Shown here piece by piece: positions 1-9,390 of a DNA stretch of 16,401 nucleotides; positions within the stretch are counted from its first letter, which is position 1, and each line of letters opens with the position of its first letter. Below the pieces are notes generated by a model that was given only the letters and a program-made list of their open reading frames with translations, had not been told where the DNA came from and did not search any database. A program made the position numbers and the translations under genes. The stretch covers positions 1-16,401 of the forward strand of contig JBHGNT010000751.1 of NCBI GenBank assembly GCA_043228905.1, in the 5' to 3' direction. Source of the stretch: Azolla caroliniana (taxonomy: Eukaryota > Plantae > Polypodiophyta).

Positions 1-240
1 GGACGTATAAAAAATGTTTAGAACAAAAGTTATAGATAATTAAATTTTCTACAACTTTTGTTTAAAACATTTTTTTATATGATATATCGTTTGGGAGATA
101 GAGGGCAGCGCCAGCGCAGCTTGAATATTATTTGAAATAATGGTGGTAATCACGCTCGTGTTGCCCTTTATCTCAAAAACGATTCAACGTATAGAAAAAT
201 GTTTAAAACAAAAGTTATAGATAATTTAATTCTCTACAAT
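1..240. repeat. Palindromic/foldback repeat fragment, ~185-bp period, truncated at the window start
   Basis: 'aaaaatgttta(g/a)aacaaaagttatagataatt' occurs at ~10 and ~195. The segment ~48-109 (tctacaacttttgtttaaaacattt...gagatagagggcagc) is an imperfect reverse complement of ~160-221 (gttgcccttttatctc...aaatgtttaaaacaaaagttataga). Confidence 0.8.
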
Positions 241-1331
241 ATTAATAATAAATACAATAAGCGTAAATCCCATTCTAACCGAGATATTTGCAAAAAAGCG
301 AATGGATTATCCGATTGATTACCTCGACAAAAAAAAATCCGAGATCGACTCCGGGCCATTGTTTCGTCCGGTTGAGCATCCTCAAGTCGGCTCGACCGTT
401 CGTAGTTCAAAGGCCGCCTCGAGAGGGGGCGATAATCGTATTAGGGTCGATTTGCATCAGATTTTGGTTGGGTAATGTCTTAAATAGGCTCTGATTGCGT
501 ATTATCTTGAGGGGTTTTGTTTGCTGAATTGTACGACGATTTTTCAATGTAAGATCGAGTCAGTTTATGGGTTTTGGTGAATGGAAGGGTGGGGTTTTAG
601 TATTGAATTAGTGTTTACGAGAGTTATTTATCTATATATCTGTTTAGCCTTATTTAGTTTATCTTTGGACATAGGCTTGTCCCAGTTTTCTTCACTCTTC
701 AAGCGTATTTACAAAATAACCCCAAGTAAACTATGGGTTTTAGTAAATAGAAAGCTAGATTTTTAGTTTCAAGTTCAAAGTCACAAGGGGCCTTATTACG
801 GCCAATTGGAGCACTTATATTAACATTTAGGCATGACTGTCTCGACGGACTCTACCAGTAGCGATGTTGCCTGTTGTTGCTTATATAAATTTACGTGTAA
901 AACATAAAATAATTCTTTATTTGAGTGGCTCATATAGATGTTCGATTTACCATTCTTAAAATGTGATACTTTAACTATACTTTCCGAGGCCGGCTTTTTT
1001 AATATTAATAAACCGAAACCCGGAATTAGATTAATTACCAAACGGACCAAACGGGCGATTCCTAACAGCGTCACGTTCTCCTCAATTGTACCTAAATTGG
1101 ATTCGAATTGCCGGTTAAATCTCTTAAACGGACGTTTTCGAAACGGAGACTGGTTATCCGTTACTAAAGAAAGTTTCCAGATTAATTTCGAATAATACAA
1201 TTAAAGTTTTCAGGGGAAAACTCATCGCTGAGGTATTAATGTTGTTATGATAAATTCGGAAAGTGTTGTAAAAGTAGTTAAGAATAAGATTAGAAATGGG
1301 TTGGTATTAAAGTATTTATGTGAGAGGTATT

Positions 1332-3798
1332 AGTCTACTATTTTCTATAATATGGTTAACCTAACTTTACTCTAAATATTTTTAAATTTGTTTCAAAGTC
1401 TAGTACAAATATTTTCGTTTTTAGAAAAAATCATAATGTGGGAAAAAAAATTATATCTTTTGGTGGTACCCTTGTAGGTTGCCTATATTATAGGAAAAGT
1501 AAGACAAGGCATAAGTCTACAACATTCTATAATATGGTTAACCTATCTTTACTCTAAATATTTTTTAATTGGTTTCAAAGTGTAGTTTAAATATTTTCGT
1601 TTTTAGAAAAAATCATCATGTGGGAAAAAAAATTATATCTTTTGGTAGTACCCTTATAGGTTGCTTATATTATATAAAAAGTAAGACAAGGCATAAGTCT
1701 TCAACATTCTATGCTATGCTTAACCTATCTTTACTCTAAATATTTTTTAATTTGTTTCAAAGTGTAGTAAAAATATTTTCGTTTTTAGAAAAAATCATCA
1801 TGTGGGATAAAATATTATATCTTTTGGTAGTACCCTTATACGTTGCTTATATTATAGGAAAAGTAAGACAAGGCATAAGTCTTCAACATTCTATGCTATG
1901 CTTAACCTATCTTTACTCTAAATATTTTTTAATTTGTTTCAAAGTGTGGTACAAATATTTTCGTTTTGAGAAAAAATCATCATGTGGGATAAAATTTTAT
2001 ATCGTTTGGTAGTACCCTTGTAGGTTGCCTATATTAAAGGAAAAGTAAGACAAGGCATAAGTCTACAACATTCTATAATATGGTTAACCTATCTTTACTC
2101 TAAATATTTTTTAATTGGTTTCAAAGTGTAGTTTAAATGTTTTCGTTTTTAGAAAAAATCCTCATGTGGGATAAAATTTTATATCTTTTGGTAGTACCCT
2201 TGTAGGTTGCTTATATTATGGAGAAAGTCAGACAAGGCATAAGTCTACAACATTCTATAATATGGTTAACCTATCTTTACTCTAAATATTTTTTAATTTG
2301 TTTCAAAGTGTAGTACAAATATTTTCGTTTTTAGAAAAAATCATCATGTGGGAAAAAAAATTATATCTTTTGGTAGTACCCTTATAGGTTGCTTATATTA
2401 TATAAAAAGTAAGACAAGGCATAAGTCTACAACATTCTATAATATGGTTAACCTCTCTTTACTCTAAATATTTTTTAATTGGTTTCAAAGTGTAGTAAAA
2501 ATATTTTCGTTTTTAGAAGAAATCCTCATGTGGGATAAAATTTTATATCTTTTGGTAGTACCCTTGTAGGTTGCTTATATTATGGAGAAAGTCAGACAAG
2601 GCATAAGTCTACAACATTCTATAATATGGTTAACCTATCTTTACTCTAAATATTTTTTAATTTGTTTCAAAGTGTAGTACAAATATTTTCGTTTTTAGAA
2701 AAAATCATCATGTGGGAAAAAAAATTATATCTTTTGGTAGTACCCTTATAGGTTGCTTATATTATATAAAAAGTAAGACAAGGCATAAGTCTACAACATT
2801 CTATAATATGGTTAACCTCTCTTTACTCTAAATATTTTTTAATTGGTTTCAAAGTATAGTAAAAATATTTTCGTTTTTAGAAGAAATCATCATGTGGGAT
2901 AAAATATTATATCTTTTGGTAGTACCCTTATACGTTGCTTATATTATACGAAAAGTAAGACAAGGCATAAGTCTACAACATTCTATAATATGGTTAACCT
3001 ATCTTTACTCTAAATATTTTTTAATTTGTTTCAAAGTGTAGTACAAATATTTTCGTTTTTAGAAAAAAGCATCATGTGGGAAAAAAAATTATATCTTTTG
3101 GTAGTACCCTTATTGCTTGTATTGCTTATTGCTTATATTATATAAAAAGTAAGACAAGGCATAAGTCTACAACATTCTATAATATGGTTAACCTCTCTTT
3201 ACTCTAAATATTTTTTAATTGGTTTCAAAGTGTAGTAAAAATATTTTCGTTTTTAGAAGAAATCATCATGTGGGATAAAATATTATATCTTTTGGTAGTA
3301 CCCTTATACGTTGCTTATATTATAGGAAAAGTAAGACAAGGCATAAGTCTTCAACATTCTATGCTATGCTTAACCTATCTTTACTCTAAATATTTTTTAA
3401 TTTGTTTCAAAGTGTGGTACAAATATTTTCGTTTTGAGAAAAAATCATCATGTGAGATAAAATTTTATATCGTTTGGTAGTACCCTTGTAGGTTGCCTAT
3501 ATTAAAGGAAAAGTAAGACAAGGCATAAGTCTACAACATTCTATAATATGGTTAACCTATCTTTACTCTAAATATTTTTTAATTGGTTTCAAAGTGTAGT
3601 AAAAATATTTTCGTTTTTAGAAGAAATCCTCATGTGGGATAAAATTTTATATCTTTTGGTAGTACCCTTGTAGGTTGCCTATATTATAGGAAAAGTAAGA
3701 CAAGGCATACGTCTACAACATTCTAAGCTATGGTTGACCTATCTTTACTCTAAATATTTTTTAATTTATTTCAAAGTGTAGTACAAATATTTTCGTTT
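1332..3798 (+). repeat. Satellite DNA array 1, 182-bp monomer, ~13.5 copies
   Basis: The anchor 'agtct(a/t)c' recurs at 1332, 1514, 1696, 1878, 2060, 2242, 2424, 2606, 2788, 2970, 3164, 3346, 3528 and 3710 (last copy a->c). Spacing is 182 bp except for one 194-bp unit. The monomer is AT-rich with A/T tracts and has no unique spacers. Confidence 0.97.
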
Positions 3799-4722
3799 CG
3801 TAAAACCAGAATTACAATATTAGCGTTCGTAAAATACCATTGTTTTAAAACTTTTAATACACTTCGTTTTACATACATGTAAAATCTATACCCGAAAAAA
3901 CACACACACGCATCTTCTTGAATTTTATATATTTACATAAAAGTGTGTTTTTGCTTCCGTAAAAGGAGTCCGCCCTGTTTCGAATCCAACTCGCGCCCTA
4001 GATAATAATGCCGTTTCGTTACGTACACTTGAAAACAATTTTGTAAAAAACACACAGTTAAAGGGTTATTATTATTATTATTAAAAACGGTTTCTATTTG
4101 TATTTAATATAATATTTGTTTAATTAGTTATTCTTTTCGGTGGCATCTATCGATCCCTGGGGTCATTTTTGGTGTTAGATTTGCTTTGTATTTTTTTCAA
4201 AGAAAAACTAACCGGACCTGGAAAAAATCGGTTTCAAATTCAACCCTTAATAACTTTTTTTTGTATTACATCGATTTTAATATTTTTTTGCCCAGTTTTT
4301 AGAAGGTTTTATGGGTCGTCATTGTTTTGTATCGAAAACCACAAAAAATTCCCAAAGGTTTTATTTGTTATACAGGGGTTAATAACAAGTTGACTTAAAT
4401 TTAACCCCAAAACTTTAACACACCCCTGTGTGAAAAAATTGGACGGTCGAATAATGATTTTTTTTATATCGCTGTCAAGCCCCATCTTTTTTTTAACAGC
4501 TTGTTTTTTTATTTCGTTTCCAAAATCTGCATCGTTAAAGCAAAAAGCAATGGTTTAAAAGTAAAACAATGCACTCAATAATTGTGTCAACCAAGGTTTA
4601 CTTTCATGGTACCGCCCCTTATACTTTTTTTCATTGATCCCCGGGGGATTTTCTTTTTCGACCACTGAGTAAAAAAGTTTCGCCAGATGAAAATGACTAA
4701 TATCTTTATCTTCCGGTCGCAG

Positions 4723-4777
4723 TGTGGATATTCTAAAACCGCCCTGTTGACTTGTTATAAACCTTTCGTGATTTAGG
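4723..4777 (+). other. Candidate 55-nt cassette exon with a stop codon in all three frames
   Basis: Branch-point-like 'gactaat' at 4695-4701, pyrimidine tract 'tctttatcttcc', acceptor 'gcag|' ending at 4722, and donor GTTAGT at 4778-4783. This would give a 131-nt intron to the 4908 acceptor. The three frames read CGYSKTALLTCYKPFVI*, VDILKPPC* and WIF*. Confidence 0.4.
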
Positions 4778-4908
4778 GTTAGTTTTTAAAAAGGGCAGTT
4801 AACAGTACCTTTTTTTTTATTCGAGAGGATTTGTATCATAATTTTTTTTCTGTTTTTAATATTTGAATTTTGTTTTTAAATGCATTTTTTCTTGTGTTTT
4901 TATTTCAG

Positions 4909-4942
4909 GCTATTAATGATCGGAGCCAAATCGGGCCAATAG
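4909..4942 (+). CDS. dsx: Candidate short coding exon, (R)LLMIGAKSGQ*; tentatively a female-specific doublesex terminal coding segment
   Basis: Strong acceptor 'ttttttcttgtgtttttatttcag|G' with AG at 4907-4908. After one phase-2 base it reads CTA TTA ATG ATC GGA GCC AAA TCG GGC CAA TAG, followed by a possible donor GTTGGC at 4943. The dsx assignment rests only on my recollection of beetle DsxF C-termini and was not checked by any search. No DM or OD2 domain exon is visible in the window. The phase-0 frame (AINDRSQIGPI) is also open. Confidence 0.4.
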
Positions 4943-5177
4943 GTTGGCTATCCATCTATCCATCACAGGATATGTTCCTTATCTTACACTTTACCCCCAT
5001 TCCCAAATGATTTTTTTTTTTCTTTCTTGTTCTTATTTTAAAATTTTCAATCCGGGGTGGAGCCTGATGAGGCAAGATTTTGACTGGTGAAAATTATCCG
5101 ATGAGTTTCAGTGAAAGAGAACTAAAAAACTGGTCCTTTTCATTGGTTGTTTATTTTTCCTATTTTTTTTGTAACAG

Positions 5178-5210
5178 TAATCATCTATTGCAACCTGAAA
5201 CCTAAGAAAG
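5178..5210 (+). other. Candidate 33-nt micro-exon
   Basis: Long T-rich tract at ~5150-5170 followed by 'gtaacag|' (AG at 5176-5177), and a consensus-like donor AAG|GTAACG at 5211. Confidence 0.4.
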
Positions 5211-5321
5211 GTAACGAAAAAATTGGTCCAAAGAAACAAAAAAAAGAATCACTTAAACAAAATAGAAAAAAAAACGTTACAAGATAGAATTTTAAAATGG
5301 AAAACCCATAGAAGACCAAAT

Positions 5322-5819
5322 CCTACCATCGACTGCGGCCAAAAAATAAAAATCGAGTAAATCGACCAATCAGTATCGGGATTATACAGAAAGGAACAAG
5401 ACTGGTAGATCATTGATTGAGGGCTACTCTGCTCCCAAAAGTAATAATGTTAACCTACCCAATAGATACATTTTAATTTTATTGTTTCACCCCTGTATGT
5501 TTAAATGGAATTGCGAAATCCAACCACGGGCGTATCGATACTTTTAATATATATAAAGTGTGTCTCGAAGTTATACTGGTAGATGGAAGAATTGAGGCTG
5601 CGGCTGATTCAAAAATCATCCCTACCACCGACTGCGCCAAAAATGAACGAGGAATATATCAACCAATCAGTCTTGGAGTTAAACCAGAAACAAGGCTGAT
5701 GTATGATTGATGAAGGCTAAATCTCGATGGCTCCCCAGGAAGAAAAAAGAAAGAGAACATGGCGAATTAATTCTCCATGTTTAAATAGAATTGCGAAAAT
5801 CCAACCACGGCGTATCGAT
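5322..5819 (+). repeat. Diverged tandem duplication, two ~200-220-bp copies offset by ~280-300 bp
   Basis: 'cctacca(t/c)cgactgcg(g)ccaaaaa' at 5322 and 5621. 'accaatcagt' is present in both copies. 'atgtttaaat(g/a)gaattgcgaaa(a)tccaaccacgg(g)cgtatcgat' ends at 5539 and 5819. Confidence 0.85.
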
Positions 5820-6273
5820 GTAGTAAGACGCCCCGCGGCGTCCATTGCCGACGCCTTGTAAGCGAGGAATATTAGTAAAATTTAGTGAGCAGTTTGCTTT
5901 ATTTAACGTCGCTACATTTTCGCGTTATTATTGCCTAAACGGCCCCCTTTATTAGCTCGTTGCGTTGCCTAAATTAGAGCCTAAATTATAATTTTCGGGA
6001 AGGGCGAGGCAAGGGTACGGGGGTAAATTTTAATGATTATTGTCGGCGAATTGTTGCGAAGGTGATTTGCGATGTTCCGTATTATGGCACGGAGTGCTTT
6101 CGACGCGTACACTCTAATTTATAAAAACATCTTAATGGCTAAAGAAACTCCGGTAAAATTAGGTGTAAACGTGGGCACTTCATTTTTAAAATTTATAAAG
6201 TAACTCGTTTTGCAGTTGTGGTTTTATTCATTTTTATAAGCACGTTAATGATCTGGTCTCAAATGGACCAAAA

Positions 6274-6966
6274 CGTGCACGATACGGGGCACGAGGACGG
6301 GAACGAGACGATTAAGAGAAGGGCACGAGACGGGAACGAGAAACCGTACGAGATGGGTGCGGGATGGGCCACGAAAAGGATACGAGACGCTTAAGATACG
6401 AATACGAGACGGACACGAGAATCGTACTCGACAGGAACGGACAATTGTACGAGGACGAGAACGAGAATCGTACGAGACACGAATTAGAAACATACGAGAC
6501 AGGAACGACAATTGTACGAGACGGGAAACAAAATCGTACGAGACAGGAATGAGAACCGTATGAGACAGGAATGACAATTGTACGAGACGGGAACGACAAT
6601 CGTATGAGAACCGTACTAGACGGGAACGAGAAAACCGTACGAGACGGGAAACGACAATCGTACGAGACGGGAACGAGAATCGTACGTGACGGAAACGAGA
6701 AGCGTACGAGATAGGAACGACAATCATACGAGAATCGTACGAGATGGGTTAACGGGATGGGTAACGAAAAGGATACGAGGACGCTTAAGAGACGGATACG
6801 AGACGGAGGACGAAAACAGTACGCGACGGGAACGAGAACCGTACGAGACGTGAAACGAAAAATCATATGAGAATCGTACGAGACGGGAACGAGAATAGTA
6901 CGAGGATGGATGCGGGATGGGCACGAAAAGAATACGAGACGCTTAAGAGGACGGATACGAGTCGGG
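6274..6966 (+). repeat. Degenerate purine- and CpG-rich minisatellite, ~22-bp unit 'cgtacgagacgggaacgagaat', with a longer module occurring three times
   Basis: Many copies of cgtacgagac/gggaacga are present. The module 'gatgg..cgggatggg..acgaaaag.atacgag..cgcttaaga' occurs at ~6352, ~6743 and ~6905. This repeat explains the overlapping repetitive ORFs on both strands. Confidence 0.92.
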
Positions 6967-7201
6967 TGTTCTCTAAAAGTACATGTCTTTTATCTACTTC
7001 CGTGCCTTGTTTTTTTTGAACTGTTTGGAACCATTAGTTTTGCGAGTTTTTTGTACTGCAAGTACTGTCTAAAGGTGTCTAAGTACTTCGTTAAGATTTA
7101 AATACATTCCGATAGACTAACTAGACTGAAAGAGAACATATTTTTCTCTGGTTCTTAACCTTGGCGGAGGGCAAATATATATTTTTTTAAACTAGTTCCA
7201 C

Positions 7202-7450
7202 AAAAAATGGTGAGACGTCGAGGCTCATGAAGAAATCAACACTTCTGGATAAGGCACGACAAGAAGAAGAAGAAGAAGAAGAAGAAGAAGAAAGAGAAAA
7301 AAGAGAAGAAGAGGAAGAAGAAAAAAATGGTGAGACGTCGAGGCTCATGAAAAAATCAACTCTTCTGGATAAGGCACGACAAGAAGAAGAAGAGGAAGAA
7401 GAAGAACAAAGAGAAAAAAGAGAAGAAGAGGAAGAACAAGAAAAGAAGAC
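7202..7450 (+). repeat. 120-bp tandem duplication: ~58-bp unique head plus GAA-rich tail
   Basis: 'aaaaaatggtgagacgtcgaggctcatgaa(g/a)aaatcaac(a/t)cttctggataaggcacgacaagaagaag' occurs at 7202 and 7322. Confidence 0.93.
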
Positions 7451-7591
7451 AAGGAATAAGAAAAGTATTAGAAAAGAACCACTATAATTCTTTTTCTTCT
7501 TAGTGTTCACCTGTTCTCGGGTGTTGGCGCCTCTCTGCAACGCCAATGATAGATACAGAGAGAATTAGAGAGATAGATACGAATTTTCTTA

Positions 7592-7806
7592 AGGTCTGCT
7601 TTCTCACGCTAGCAGTTTCGTTTAATCTTCGATTTTGAGCAGTAGTATCGTTCCTAATCAGATATATATATATTATTTTCAAATTAGATATGATTTACTT
7701 TAATCTACCTGTGACTGACACGCCCACAAATTTAAGCTACAGTTTCATAATTTTTAAAATATCAATTTGGCTATAGGTCTGCATTCTTACGCTAGCAGTT
7801 TCGTTT
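7592..7806 (+). repeat. Pair of 32-bp direct repeats 183 bp apart
   Basis: 'aggtctgc(t/a)ttct(c/t)acgctagcagtttcgttt' occurs at 7592 and 7775. Confidence 0.85.
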
Positions 7807-7856
7807 TTGTCATACAGAGAAAGAGGGAGATAGAAATAGAGAGAAAAAGGGAGATT

Positions 7857-7921
7857 AAGAAGAAGAAGGAGAAGAAGAAGAAGAAGAAGAAGAAGAAGAA
7901 GAAGAAGAAGAAGAAGAAGAA
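7857..7921 (+). repeat. (GAA)n microsatellite
   Basis: About 21 near-perfect AAG/GAA units. Confidence 0.97.
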
Positions 7922-8035
7922 CTAAAATGGTAGACATGAATAAACAGAATAAATGGAAAGATACTGACCATTATGATCAACGGACCAATGGTTAGATAGA
8001 TTAAACTAGGCTTAATTAAATTAAGAAAAAGACAA

Positions 8036-8088
<53 letters not shown>

Positions 8089-8235
8089 AGGGAACAAAAA
8101 GAATGATAAGAAGAATAACAAGAAGAAAAATTAAAATGGTGGAAATGAATTAGTAGAATAAATGAACGAAAGCATACTGATCATTGTGGTCAACGTACCA
8201 ATGGCTGTTATAAATATATAGATAGATTAAACTAA
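7910..8235 (+). repeat. Diverged duplication with ~209-bp offset, flanking the GA tract
   Basis: 'aagaaga..taaaatggt.ga.atgaat..agaataaatg..atactga.catt.tg.tcaacg.accaatgg..agatagattaaacta' has its 'aaaatggt' core at 7924 and 8133. Confidence 0.85.
8036..8082 (+). repeat. (GA)n microsatellite
   Basis: About 19 perfect GA units at 8044-8082, with a short imperfect extension upstream. Confidence 0.97.
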
Positions 8236-9390
8236 ATGTATCGACCGACAAAACCTTTCAACAGCTAAAATAAACTTTCGCCAGACCTCGTACAGATACA
8301 GATGTCGCATCGCATAGCGAGTCGGGCTGCGAACTAAGTCGCAGAAACATGTCGGAATCTCTCAGCTCCGTGGGGCGTGAAATGGCTTTAATAAAAACTT
8401 TTGTCTCTAAGTAGTTGCTCTGGCCCGCTTATTATGCCATTTTGGCCCCGAATCGCGACGCTTATAGTTGCCCGAATCCCCCGGAATTTCGGGAATTACA
8501 CGAGAAACGTCTTTGAATTAGGGACATGCAACCTTTGGAAACACTCTACTATTAATCTGCTTTAATTCGGTTGAAAATTAAATACGTTTCATAGTGGTTT
8601 CCTTAAACATATCATGGATAAAAAGCAACATAATGACGTTCTCATTAACAAACACTAAAAGCTATCTCTGCGGCCAAAGTATGGCAAAAAGGGGGTCCTT
8701 TAATCGCTTCAAAGTGTCGAAAAAAACACCATTATTATCTATCCGGCCTTTGTACATCGTAACCGAAGGGGCCTTATATAAACGGCGTCACGTTTCGTGT
8801 ATCTGGACCCCTTTTTTGCAACCGCGGTGACGTTTTTATCGGCCCCCAATGCTTAAGGGTGGTACCACCTAAGTTTATTTTTTATCCGGCTTAAGATTTC
8901 AGAATTATACCATACATTTTCAGTAAAACGCACAAGTTCTGGATTATATTTAATTAAATAACTAGCCCGCATCGAGGGCGAAGTATTCACGTTCCACTAA
9001 GCAAACAACAAATCTAATCGCTTTTTCATTTGCATAGCTCGCGATCCGCGACTTAATCCGAAAATATCTGGAAAACATCAACACGCGAATTTTTCAATTT
9101 TTCTATTTGTTTGACGAGCTTTGGAAAGTCGAAAGTCGACTCGCTTTTCGCAATAAATGTGTTCCTGGTGAGATCCTGGCGATTAAAGTTTTTTTTTTAA
9201 TTGGAGGTACGGTATTTGGTGTTTCTCGTAACTGTGTTGTGTTTTAGAATAAATTATTAGATTGTTTTTTTTTTAATTTAGAGTATTTAAATTCCCTTTA
9301 TGTTTGTTGTGGCGGATGGCAGCGGTAAAGTGGTAGATAAAACAGGAAAATAGAAGAAAAGCACGAATAAGAAGAAATAGAAAAATAACA

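Noticed and set aside
288-1200. ORFs 288-494, 581-766, 820-1200 and 938-1195
   Set aside because: They are short, some have non-ATG starts, two overlap antisense, and none has a recognisable motif.
1752-3480. Twin ORFs MWDKILYLLVVPLY... (and 14979-15179) as small membrane proteins
   Set aside because: They are chance stop-free stretches of satellite monomers, and the duplication reflects array structure.
4225-4430. MITE-like remnant (tacaggggtt at ~4371, cacccctgt at 4421, also ~5488)
   Set aside because: It resembles CAGGG(G)TG-type Tc1/mariner-derived termini common in insects, but I could not define a matching pair of termini with a TA duplication.
6245-7101. Overlapping R/S/V-rich and R/E/T-rich ORFs
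   Set aside because: These are translations of the minisatellite, open in several frames on both strands, with no domain signal.
7187-8121. Poly-E, poly-S and poly-L ORFs, including 7227-7487
   Set aside because: They derive from GAA/GA microsatellites and a 120-bp duplication. The in-frame period alone is not enough, and I saw no convincing splice context.
8240-9180. Higher-complexity non-coding stretch (also 5820-6240) as an enhancer or as ORF 8594-8830
   Set aside because: It could be conserved intronic regulatory DNA, but nothing in the sequence alone supports a call. The ORF starts with GTG and has no recognisable product.
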